From: Bradymonadia bacterium
GTDB taxonomy: Bacteria > Myxococcota_A > Bradymonadia > UBA7976 > UBA1532
Direction of reading: 5' to 3'
NCBI GenBank assembly: GCA_046290225.1
Contig: JBKAGE010000035.1
Span: forward strand, 352,001 to 416,000
DNA length: 64,000 nt
A program made the position numbers and the translations under genes. Below are positions 19,842 through 28,495 of the stretch, one piece after another; the stretch's first letter is position 1; each line of letters opens with the position of its first letter. The notes beneath the pieces are model-generated. The model was not told the DNA's origin, made no database searches, and worked only from the letters and a program-made list of their open reading frames with translations.

Positions 19842-19996
19842 GGGTCACCTGCTGCGGCATCTCTTCCTTGAGTGCCCTGATCCCGCGGGAATATCTCACT
19901 CTTCACGCTTAAAGACGCTGGAGTGATGGGGTGCAGGTGTACTTGTCCTCTCGCAAGGGGGGTGGCGTCAACGTTATGACAGCAAGGGGAGTTCGC

Positions 19997-20989
19997 TCAG
20001 CGCCAGCGGCGGCGCCGACGCATCAGGGGGAAGGACAAGAAGACACAGGCCCAGGGGATCCACCGCACGGCCCGCTTGATCCACGGGGAGCGCTTCTTGC
20101 GTCGGCCGGTGGCCGCTTCGGCCTCGGGCACGCACCCGCCGCTGCTGTCGTCATCCCAGCTGTCGTCGTCATCTTCCCAATCATCGCCCTCACAGCCGGC
20201 GCTGTCGTCTGATCCGCTGTCGCTCCAGCTGTCGTCGTCATCTTCCCAGTCGTCGCTGTCGCACCCACCGCCGCTGTCATCGTCGCCCCAGTCGTAGCTG
20301 CCACTGTCCATGGCATCACTGTCGTCATCGTCGTCGTCCCAGCCGTCGTCATCGTCCCAGTCGCTGCTGTCACACCCACCGCTGTCTTCACTCGGAGGCG
20401 GCTCGTACTCGTCTATCCACTCGTCGCTGTCGTCATCGTCATCCCAGTCGCTGCCATCGCAGCCGCCGCTGTCGTCGACCGCCACCACGACTCGACCACC
20501 TGATCGATCCTCAGAGGGTGGGGCGGGTCCTCGCTCCAAGCGCGCAGGTGGATGCAAGAGTCCAGTGAGGTTGATGAACTGCCAGCTGGTCCCGTTGAAG
20601 ATCTCCAGGCTGAGTTCGATGGTGGCGGGGGTGTACTTGTGAAACAGGGTGAGGCTGCTGCCCTGAGCCATCTGAGGATCTTCGAAGGCCCCATCACCGC
20701 TCTCGCGGAAGTCCACCTGAGAGGGCTCAAGCTCCACGGTGCCCTGCTCGAGACGCTCTGCAGGTACGGTCAGGGTGATGTTCACGTCGATATCAGGCTC
20801 TCTCTGATATCTGACGCTCACTGTTCGCAATGTGCCGTATGTATGTGTCTTGACGAAGGCCTGGCTGTGGCCATCTCGACGATGACCTTCGATCTCGGTG
20901 GCCCACACCACATCTGCCGAGCCATCACCGGTCCATGCGACACAAAACGGCAAACAGAGCAGCAGAAGCAAGGTGTGAGCGCGGTGCAT
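19997..20989 (-). CDS. Secreted or membrane-anchored protein with Asp/Trp-rich (S)GGC repeats and a C-terminal hydrophobic segment plus poly-Arg tail
   Basis: GGAGG RBS before MHRAHTLLLLL; five G(G/A)C-type motifs among D-rich tracts; ends WIPWACVFLSFPLMRRRRRWR. Confidence 0.7.
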   Translation of the reverse strand: MHRAHTLLLLLCLPFCVAWTGDGSADVVWATEIEGHRRDGHSQAFVKTHTYGTLRTVSVRYQREPDIDVNITLTVPAERLEQGTVELEPSQVDFRESGDGAFEDPQMAQGSSLTLFHKYTPATIELSLEIFNGTSWQFINLTGLLHPPARLERGPAPPSEDRSGGRVVVAVDDSGGCDGSDWDDDDDSDEWIDEYEPPPSEDSGGCDSSDWDDDDGWDDDDDDSDAMDSGSYDWGDDDSGGGCDSDDWEDDDDSWSDSGSDDSAGCEGDDWEDDDDSWDDDSSGGCVPEAEAATGRRKKRSPWIKRAVRWIPWACVFLSFPLMRRRRRWR

Positions 20990-21062
20990 GTGGGCCTCCG
21001 ATGAATGTGGGCAACATCGGCGCGTCAGAGCGAAGTTGCCGTGGTGTTGCATCGGAGCATCT

Positions 21063-21077
21063 GCAGCGACTATGCCA
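21063..21077 (-). promoter_or_regulatory. Candidate sigma-54 (-24/-12) promoter for the Asp-rich protein gene
   Basis: Minus strand reads TGGCATAGTCGCTGC (GG-N10-GC) about 75 bp upstream of the ATG, with an AT-rich tract further upstream. Confidence 0.45.
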
Positions 21078-21184
21078 TGAGACGTTCTACTTTAATTTCA
21101 ACAACATACGATTTGGAGGCTGCAAATACTGTGAGGTGGGGCCCACAGAGTGTTGTGGCGATTCACACTCAGCTGGTTGCGGCA

Positions 21185-22681
21185 TCAAGGCTGAGGGATG
21201 TAGTCGAGGGTCAGGCGTACGCCGGGTTCAGGTAACTCGTTCAGCGAGATGAGAAATCCACCAGGGCAAGTGTTGTCTTCAGCGATGTGATATCCACTGA
21301 GCGGCACCTCGGTCCGCTGCCCTTCTGGACCACACTCTGGCTCACATGGGCCACAGATGAGGCCGACGGTGAATCTGTAGTTTCGAGGATCGTTCCATTC
21401 GCCCCCCGAGTCACAACGCGCGCCATCATCAGCAATGCAGGCTGGAGGTCGATCGAGACAGAACCCTCCTCGCCAGCTCAATTTATATTGATAGGCCTCG
21501 AACGGCACCACGTAGGCGTCTTCCATGCAGATCGAGATACATTCCGAAAACTCGTCCTCGATGGGGCAGCCGACCCCATTGACGTCAAAAGACTCGCTCA
21601 ACTGCAGATAGCGCCGCCCGGCGTATGCAGATCCCAGAGGCGATTTGCACGTGGGCTGCACTGCTCCTTCGCATTGACCCTCCGGGCAGCACATCAGCAT
21701 CGCCTCCGGGTCGAAGGCGCTGTTGTCGGGATCACAAACGCCCGGCACCCTGCCTCGAGGGGCGTTGTAGTAGATCTCCTGACCCTTGGCATCGAGTTGC
21801 CGAGGCCCGGTGACGACGCTCACGACGATCTGACGCTCGGGAGACATCTTCAGCTTGTTCAAAACGTCCTGGTACACCGCGACGGGTGTGAGCCGATCGC
21901 GATCCCACTCACATCGCGTAGGGTCAGGCGCCTCGGTGGAGATCCCATCGGCTGCTGAGCAGTCGTTCTTGTCGGTGAGGAAGTAGACCATCAACAGCGA
22001 GCCTGGCCGCGGAAAGACGAGGTCCTCGGGGTTGACCTCAGTGATGCAGCGCTTCTCACCGAGTTCACAGTACGGATCGTACGCCCAGCCCTCGGGATCT
22101 CGATTTGCCTCTTCTACAGTGAGCCCGTCTTTGGGCCGACAGCACGGCCCGAGCCTCGATCGGTTGGGGCCATTGCACGAAAGACTCTGCCGCATCGCTT
22201 CGAGGCCCTGACCGATCGACCCACCACGTGTGCCCACGCTCACCTGGCACTGCAGATCTCGAATCAAGCGCTGAGGATCATCCAGATAATGTCGTGATGC
22301 GATGACTTCGGGGACCGCCTCTGGACAACCCAGCTCAGCCTCGCTCTCAGCACCCTGCTGAAGCTTGCCTCGATGTCCTGAGTTCACCATGTCGGTGGAG
22401 ATGGTGGCGAATTGATGATCCACACTGTCATTCAGCCCGTGCGGGAGCAGCGACTCGAGGGTCTCTCGAAGCACCGCCTGCTCTTCTGCCATGGTCGATG
22501 TGTTGTCGATGACAAAGAGCACATCGAGCTGAGACCTCGGGGGCATCTCGAACTCTTGATGCACCGACGCCTGAGCCACACATGGGCCGTCGTAACAAAA
22601 CTGCGGCTCGTCGTGCAGCTGCGCATGCTGCTCACAGCTCGACAACACTGCGCACATCACCCACAACCAGAGTTTCTTCAC
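21185..22681 (-). CDS. Cys-rich lipoprotein with VWA-like (MIDAS-like) domain, myxobacterial type
   Basis: Lipobox LSSC; LDVLFVIDNTSTMAEEQ, QGLEAM, YFLTDKNDCS; many Cys. Confidence 0.7.
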   Translation of the reverse strand: MKKLWLWVMCAVLSSCEQHAQLHDEPQFCYDGPCVAQASVHQEFEMPPRSQLDVLFVIDNTSTMAEEQAVLRETLESLLPHGLNDSVDHQFATISTDMVNSGHRGKLQQGAESEAELGCPEAVPEVIASRHYLDDPQRLIRDLQCQVSVGTRGGSIGQGLEAMRQSLSCNGPNRSRLGPCCRPKDGLTVEEANRDPEGWAYDPYCELGEKRCITEVNPEDLVFPRPGSLLMVYFLTDKNDCSAADGISTEAPDPTRCEWDRDRLTPVAVYQDVLNKLKMSPERQIVVSVVTGPRQLDAKGQEIYYNAPRGRVPGVCDPDNSAFDPEAMLMCCPEGQCEGAVQPTCKSPLGSAYAGRRYLQLSESFDVNGVGCPIEDEFSECISICMEDAYVVPFEAYQYKLSWRGGFCLDRPPACIADDGARCDSGGEWNDPRNYRFTVGLICGPCEPECGPEGQRTEVPLSGYHIAEDNTCPGGFLISLNELPEPGVRLTLDYIPQP

Positions 22682-22773
22682 GGCACCCCCCCCTGAGAGA
22701 TCCTAGCCAGAATCCATCTTTGCGCGATCAGCCACTCTTCTCAACTGCCAGCAGACCTGGGACACCCATCCGA

Positions 22774-22786
22774 TGTCACAGTGACA
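22774..22786. promoter_or_regulatory. Palindrome TGTCAC-A-GTGACA, possible activator site
   Basis: Perfect inverted repeat about 50 bp upstream of a sigma-54-like promoter. Confidence 0.35.
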
Positions 22787-22834
22787 CTCCATGCCTCCGC
22801 GACGCAGTCATGGGCTTTTCGAGATGCCATCCCA

Positions 22835-22849
22835 TGGCATGCGCTTTGC
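22835..22849 (+). promoter_or_regulatory. Candidate sigma-54 promoter of the DUF1592-DUF1552 operon
   Basis: TGGCATGCGCTTTGC: TGGCA, GG-N10-GC spacing and TTGC, about 38 bp before ATG 22887. Confidence 0.6.
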
Positions 22850-22886
22850 CATTTCAGTCACCCGACACCATCTGCGGGAGATTGAC

Positions 22887-24638
22887 ATGGCAAAGACACC
22901 GCTGAGGCCTCTACTCATCGCCATCGTTCTGAACACCACCTTTGTAGGGTGTGATGCAGGTGAAGGCTCGCTCTCATCGGGCGGTATGCACGCTGATCCA
23001 ACAGGACCTGGGCCAGGGTCCGACACGGACCTGCCCCCAGACACACCCGACCCACCTGATCCCGAAGAGCGCCCAGAGCCCGGCGATGACACAGGCACAC
23101 CCCAAACGTGCGCTGAGGGCATCTGCGCCGTGGCTGCCGATATGCGGCGGCTCACCGGAGTTCAAATTCGAAACAGCGTGCACGACCTGTTCTATGGCCA
23201 GATTCACACTGAAGCGCCGCTCCCTGCGCCGGGCGTGAGCGTCACAGGCTACAGCGGCGAAGCCAACGCCAACGCCGTGAACGACGCCGCCACCGAGCAG
23301 CTACTCCATCTCGCCGAAGAGGTGGCGCTGCAGGTGGCCGAGCGCACTGGAGTTCTGCTTGAGGGCTGTGACGGCCCAGGGCGAGACGACTTCGACTGCG
23401 CGTTGCAGTTCATCGGCCACTACGGCCGCCGGGCGTGGCGTCGCCCCCTCACCGATGACGAGTGGTCCGTCGTGCTCCAGGTCTACCAGGCCGGTGAAGA
23501 GGCCGATCTCCCCTTCGAGGAGCGGATCGCCCTCATGACCGAGGTGCTGCTGCAGGCGCCGCAGTTCCTCTACCAGATCGAGATCGGAGAGCCTGTCGAC
23601 GATCAGCCCCAGCTGCGTCGCCTGACCGACTTCGAACTCGCCTCTCGCATGGCCTATCTGCTCTGGGACACCTTGCCCGACGAGGCCTTGCTCAGCGCTG
23701 CGGAAGACGGGCAGCTGCGCACTCGCACGCAGATCGAGGCTCAAGCCCGGCGCATGCTCGATGATGCCAGGGCCCACGGCGCTGCCCTGCGATTCTTCCG
23801 TGAATGGATGCAGCTCGGCGGCAGCCACCTGCACGACAAAGATTGGGCGCTCGCCGGGTTCGATCCCAGCCTCGCCGACGCAATGGAGGCAGGCCTCGAC
23901 CAGTATCTGCTGCACACCATCTTCGACACCGACGGCACCCTCGAGGATCTGCTCTCGAGCACGACAGGCTTCATCGACGAGCAGCTCGCCGACTTCTACG
24001 ACGTGCCGTTCTCCGGAGAGCCTGTCGATCTGGGCCCTGAGCGCGCCGGGCTCCTCACTCGGCCGGCATTTCTGGCCGAAAAGGCCAGCCCCACAGAGAG
24101 CTCTCCGATCCATCGAGGAGTCTTCGTCATCGAGCGCATGCTCTGTGGCGATTTGGGATCTCCCCCCGACGACGCGCTGGAGCGATTCCAGGCCCTCGAG
24201 CGGGGGGCCAACCCCCGAGCGCAGTCGGAGATCCTCCGCGCAGTGCCCGAGTGTAACGGGTGCCATGCCCGCATCGACTCCGCTGGCCTGGGCTTCGAGG
24301 CGTACGGCCCCCTCGGTGAGCTGCGCGAGGTGTACCGCGACGGCACCCTCATCGACGCCTCCAGCGAGATCTGGGAAGGCAGCGTGCGTGGATCCTTCGA
24401 GGATCTCGGCGAGATGCAGCGCTTCCTGGCAGATCAACCCGAAGTCCTGGACTGCCTGACCCGGCAGTGGTTCCAGTCCATGTTCGGCCGACACGTGCAT
24501 GATTTCACACGCGAAGATCGCCGAGCCATCGCCCACCTGCAGGGCCAGGCACGCCAGAGCGGAGGCCAGATTAGAGCGCTCATGCTCAACCTCGTGACCT
24601 CCGACGCGTTCCGCTACCGCCACATCGAGGAGAACTGA
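22887..24638 (+). CDS. DUF1592/DUF1588/DUF1595-type exported protein with a CxxCH motif
   Basis: RRLT..QIRNSV.DL, RAWRRPLT, LQAPQFLY, ELASRMAYLLWDTLPD, SPIHRG, CNGCHARID..GLGFE.Y. Confidence 0.85.
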   Translation: MAKTPLRPLLIAIVLNTTFVGCDAGEGSLSSGGMHADPTGPGPGSDTDLPPDTPDPPDPEERPEPGDDTGTPQTCAEGICAVAADMRRLTGVQIRNSVHDLFYGQIHTEAPLPAPGVSVTGYSGEANANAVNDAATEQLLHLAEEVALQVAERTGVLLEGCDGPGRDDFDCALQFIGHYGRRAWRRPLTDDEWSVVLQVYQAGEEADLPFEERIALMTEVLLQAPQFLYQIEIGEPVDDQPQLRRLTDFELASRMAYLLWDTLPDEALLSAAEDGQLRTRTQIEAQARRMLDDARAHGAALRFFREWMQLGGSHLHDKDWALAGFDPSLADAMEAGLDQYLLHTIFDTDGTLEDLLSSTTGFIDEQLADFYDVPFSGEPVDLGPERAGLLTRPAFLAEKASPTESSPIHRGVFVIERMLCGDLGSPPDDALERFQALERGANPRAQSEILRAVPECNGCHARIDSAGLGFEAYGPLGELREVYRDGTLIDASSEIWEGSVRGSFEDLGEMQRFLADQPEVLDCLTRQWFQSMFGRHVHDFTREDRRAIAHLQGQARQSGGQIRALMLNLVTSDAFRYRHIEEN

Positions 24639-24640
24639 AG

Positions 24641-26086
24641 ATGATGTTGAATCGTCGCGCTTTCTTGAGAGGTGTGGGCGGCGCCGCCCTCACTGTACCC
24701 ATGATGGGCCTGCGCCAGCACGCTCGTGCTCAAACGGCCGGTGGGCCCCGACGTCTGATCATCATGGTGCACCCCCAGGGCACCCTCCACGACGCCTGGA
24801 CCCCGAGCGGCGAGGGCCGCGGCTTCGAACTCTCACAGATTCTGCAGCCTCTGGCGCCGCACCGGGATCGACTGCTGGTGCTCTCGCAGATCGACAACGT
24901 GGTGCGCCGGGAGCAGCGCCAGGGCAATGGCCACAATCCACCAGGGCGCACCCTGCTCACGGCCTTCCCCTTCGCGGGAAGCATGGACAATGGTCGCGTG
25001 CGGCCCGAGCACGAGCAGCCCCCAAACGGTGACGCGTATGGCCCCTCGATCGATCACGTGATCGCACAGCGCATCAGCGCCGACACCCGATTTCAGTCGC
25101 TGCACCTCGGCATCGGTGGAGACGAGCTCGGGGAATACACGATGTTCTGGGAAGGCCGAGAGGGCCAGGCGGTCGCTGCGGGGTGCGAGGGTGACCCGGT
25201 GTCACTGTTTCAGAGGCTGGTGCAGGCCGCGCCGGCCCCTGAGCGAGGCCCGATGACCCGCGCCGACCGCCTCACCGCCCAGCGCGGCAGCGTGCTCGAA
25301 GCCGTCCGTGGCAACTTCAACCTGCTCCAGAGCCGGGCAGGGGCGGCAGACCGGCGCCGCCTCGAAGAACACGCCACCCGCATCCGCAACCTGGAGCGCC
25401 GTCTGCGAGCGCCGATGTCTGCTGCGGCGTGCACGATCCCTGGCGGGCACACGCTGTCACCGGGTTATCGACCCTGGAACGCCGACTTCGACAACGAATC
25501 TGCAGAAGCCCACATCGAAAACCTGATCTTCGCGATGTCGTGCGATCTGACTCGGGTGGGCACGTTGCAGTTCACGCGCTACCACGGCCCTCAGTTCCCC
25601 TTCATCGATGATTTGCCGGTCCGCTTCAACGGCATGGCAGGTGATGATGACGACGACTACCGCGGTGAGAGTGGCCTGTGGGGCACCTGGCACCAGATGG
25701 TGCACCTGGGTCGGGAAACGCCCAGCGCCAGGGCGGCCATGGTGATGGTATTCCAGTGGTACATGGCCCAGCTCAACCACCTGCTCGACCGGCTGGCCAA
25801 CACGCCAGAGCCCACAGGTGATGGCTCGATGCTCGACCACACGCTGGTGCTGGCGCTGAGCGAGCTGGGCCACGGCGGATGGCACTCTACGCGCCACCTG
25901 CCGGTCATCCTCGCAGGCAACGCTGGCGCAGGCGTACAGATGGGACGCCACTTGAGCCTGCCCGATCGAACCACAGGCGATCTCTACACCACGCTGTTGC
26001 AGACCTTCGGGGGCAACGAGACCCACTTCGGCTTGCAACGTGGCTTCGAAGGCGATCGCCTGGTTATGGGGGCGCTGCCACTCTGA
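24641..26086 (+). CDS. DUF1552 family protein with Tat signal
   Basis: NRRAFLRGVG twin-Arg; SIDHVIA, CDLTRV, SMLDHTLV, LPVILAG; usual partner of DUF1592 genes. Confidence 0.85.
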   Translation: MMLNRRAFLRGVGGAALTVPMMGLRQHARAQTAGGPRRLIIMVHPQGTLHDAWTPSGEGRGFELSQILQPLAPHRDRLLVLSQIDNVVRREQRQGNGHNPPGRTLLTAFPFAGSMDNGRVRPEHEQPPNGDAYGPSIDHVIAQRISADTRFQSLHLGIGGDELGEYTMFWEGREGQAVAAGCEGDPVSLFQRLVQAAPAPERGPMTRADRLTAQRGSVLEAVRGNFNLLQSRAGAADRRRLEEHATRIRNLERRLRAPMSAAACTIPGGHTLSPGYRPWNADFDNESAEAHIENLIFAMSCDLTRVGTLQFTRYHGPQFPFIDDLPVRFNGMAGDDDDDYRGESGLWGTWHQMVHLGRETPSARAAMVMVFQWYMAQLNHLLDRLANTPEPTGDGSMLDHTLVLALSELGHGGWHSTRHLPVILAGNAGAGVQMGRHLSLPDRTTGDLYTTLLQTFGGNETHFGLQRGFEGDRLVMGALPL

Positions 26087-26092
26087 GGCAGC

Positions 26093-27466
26093 TCAGAACA
26101 CCCCGATGGCGTGTAGGAACACAGCGCCTACAGCCACCGGCACGACATAGCGCAGCAAGTAGACCCAGCCCCAGAACAACTTGCCGTACTTGCTCCCTGT
26201 CTTGAAGCCCTGCTCTCGGGCCTGATCGCTCACCCGCCATGCCACGAAGAGCGCGATGCCCATGCCGCCGAGGGGCAGCATCCAGTTACTCGCCAGATAG
26301 TCGAACAGGTCGAACCAGTTCTTGCCCTTTTCGAAGACCGCCGTGGTGGCTTCGGCGAAGTCCTTGCCGAAGAAGTCGGTGCCACCACTCAGGGCCGAGG
26401 GCACGCCGAAAACCATGATGGTGAAGCCGGTGACGAGGGTGGCCTTGGCGCGGCTCCAGCCCTTCTCGTCGATGAAGTATGCCGCGGCCACCTCGAGCAA
26501 CGAGATGGCGCTGGTCAACGCAGCAAAGGTGAGCAACACGAAGAACACCGCCGAGAGGACAGTGCCCCCAGGCATCTGAGAGAACGCCACGGGGATGTTG
26601 GCGAAGACCAGCCCCGGCCCGGCGGAGGGCTCCATGCCATAGCTGAAGGTGATGGGGAACAGCACGAGGCAGGCGAGCAGGGCGATGCCTGTGTCGAAGA
26701 CGGCGATGATGCCGGCGCTGGCGACGATGTCTTCTTTGCGGCTGAGGTAGCTGCCGTACGTGAGCATGGCCCCCATGCCCAGGCTCAAGGTGAAGAAGCT
26801 GTGGCCCAAGGCCTCGAGCACCGAGGCGCCGGTCACCTTGTCGGCGTTGAACCCGAAGACGAAGTCGAAGGCGTCACCGAAGCCGTCCATGGTGATGGCC
26901 TTCACCAGCAAGCCCACCATCATGATGAGCAGCAGGGGCATGAGAATACGGCTCCAGCGCTCCACGCCCTTCTTCACACCACCGATGACGATGGCCATGG
27001 TCAGACCCATGAAGACCAGGTGCCAGACGAGGTTGAGATTGGTGTCGCCGTACACGCTCCCGAAGATTTTGCCGATCTCTTCAGGGCTCTGGCCGCTGAA
27101 TGTGTCGGTCACCGAGAGGTAGACGTAGTGCATGGCCCACCCGGCCACCACGCTGTAGTAGCTCAAGATCACGAAGGCGGCGAGCACACCCAGCCAGCCG
27201 ACACCGAGCCAGGGGCTTTTGGGCTTCGACATCTCCCGGAAGGCCCCCACAGGGGACTTTTGAGTGCTCCGACCCACCAGGATCTCAGCGATCAAAATCG
27301 GCAGACCCACGATGGCGATGCAGGCGAGGTAGATGAGCACAAAGAGCCCACCGCCGTTCTCACCGGTGATGTAGGGGAACTTCCACACGTTCCCCAGGCC
27401 CACGGCTGATCCTGCTGCGGCGAGGATGAACCCCAGCCGGCTGTTCCATTCTCCACGCTCTGACAT
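26093..27466 (-). CDS. Sodium-dependent transporter, neurotransmitter:sodium symporter (NSS/SNF) family
   Basis: WNSRLGFILAAAGSAVGLGNVWKFPY, FFTLSLGMG, GPGLVF, AALTSAISLLE. Confidence 0.93.
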   Translation of the reverse strand: MSERGEWNSRLGFILAAAGSAVGLGNVWKFPYITGENGGGLFVLIYLACIAIVGLPILIAEILVGRSTQKSPVGAFREMSKPKSPWLGVGWLGVLAAFVILSYYSVVAGWAMHYVYLSVTDTFSGQSPEEIGKIFGSVYGDTNLNLVWHLVFMGLTMAIVIGGVKKGVERWSRILMPLLLIMMVGLLVKAITMDGFGDAFDFVFGFNADKVTGASVLEALGHSFFTLSLGMGAMLTYGSYLSRKEDIVASAGIIAVFDTGIALLACLVLFPITFSYGMEPSAGPGLVFANIPVAFSQMPGGTVLSAVFFVLLTFAALTSAISLLEVAAAYFIDEKGWSRAKATLVTGFTIMVFGVPSALSGGTDFFGKDFAEATTAVFEKGKNWFDLFDYLASNWMLPLGGMGIALFVAWRVSDQAREQGFKTGSKYGKLFWGWVYLLRYVVPVAVGAVFLHAIGVF

Positions 27467-27598
27467 GACGCTCTCTTCACGGTACGGCCACACCACTGGG
27501 GCATGATCTACGGACCGCTCATCAAGTTTTCGAGATGCTGAATGGAATGCCCGACCCGGGGCAAAAGCTCAAGTAGGAGAGGGGAGAAGCATGCTGCT

Positions 27599-28180
27599 CT
27601 AGTCGCAGCACGCTTCTCGGCAACGCCGAGAGGCCCGAATGTTGAGCATGTGTCCGAGGAAGAGCATCAAACCCGCGAGCACGCCCACGGCGGTGCCTGC
27701 CATGTGCGCCATGGATACTTCTCCCGCTTCGTGACCATGCTCTGCATGCCCCTTGTCGTGATGCGCAGCCTCTGCATGGTGATCGTCATGGCCATGATCA
27801 GCGTGCTCTCCAGCGTGAGCATCCGCCTCACCATGGGCAACATGCCCGGACTCCGCAGCATGATCGTGATGATGCTCACCGCTCATCTCGATGACTCGTG
27901 ACGCGAGGAGGCCCATGATGCCCACAGCCAGGACAGCCGCCACCACACGGGATCGATGCTGACGCCACCCCATGACAAGGGCGACACCCGCGAACACGAT
28001 CGCCACCCCTGTGAAGATCCACTCGGTGGTGTGGCCGACAAGAAAGCCAAGCCCCAGCGCCCCGAAAGCAGCAGGTAACAGCGCACAGACAGCACAATGG
28101 ATCGCGCACAACCCGCTGGCGATGGCGCCGAGGCGATCAACGCCCTCGTTCTTCGCTGCCTTCTCTGCGGTGGTCGTCAT
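27599..28180 (-). CDS. MerC-like membrane protein with His-rich loop
   Basis: DRLGAIASGLCAIHC, four hydrophobic segments, HHHDH...GHDDHH...HHDKGH loop, terminal C...CC. Confidence 0.75.
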   Translation of the reverse strand: MTTTAEKAAKNEGVDRLGAIASGLCAIHCAVCALLPAAFGALGLGFLVGHTTEWIFTGVAIVFAGVALVMGWRQHRSRVVAAVLAVGIMGLLASRVIEMSGEHHHDHAAESGHVAHGEADAHAGEHADHGHDDHHAEAAHHDKGHAEHGHEAGEVSMAHMAGTAVGVLAGLMLFLGHMLNIRASRRCREACCD

Positions 28181-28217
28181 CGAAATACCTCATCCAACAC
28201 ATGGGCTCTGCATCATA

Positions 28218-28234
28218 ATGCAAGTCGATTGCAA
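28218..28234. promoter_or_regulatory. Zur/Fur-family-like operator ATGCAA-N5-TTGCAA
   Basis: Inverted repeat TGCAA/TTGCA in an AT-rich patch about 38 bp upstream of the MerC-like start. Confidence 0.5.
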
Positions 28235-28495
28235 TAAATATACACCTGCATTCGCAGCATCCCCTCCAATGCTGGATTTGGGGCGCTCGGGCAAGGATCA
28301 CGGCCTATCGGGGATGTGATCGTACATGCGATCGATGCGCTCGATGTCAGGGGGCCAGTGGATGCCCACAAGTGGAAGGCGCCGCTCGACTGGATGAGCG
28401 AGTCGTGACAACGTTCGTAGAGTCACGTAGTAGATGCCAGAGTATTGGTTGCCCTAAAGCAAAGGCGCGATCGATGACACAGAAGGGGGTTTCAC

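Noticed and set aside
27599..28180. Mercury resistance operon
   Set aside because: No merA, merR, merP or merT nearby.
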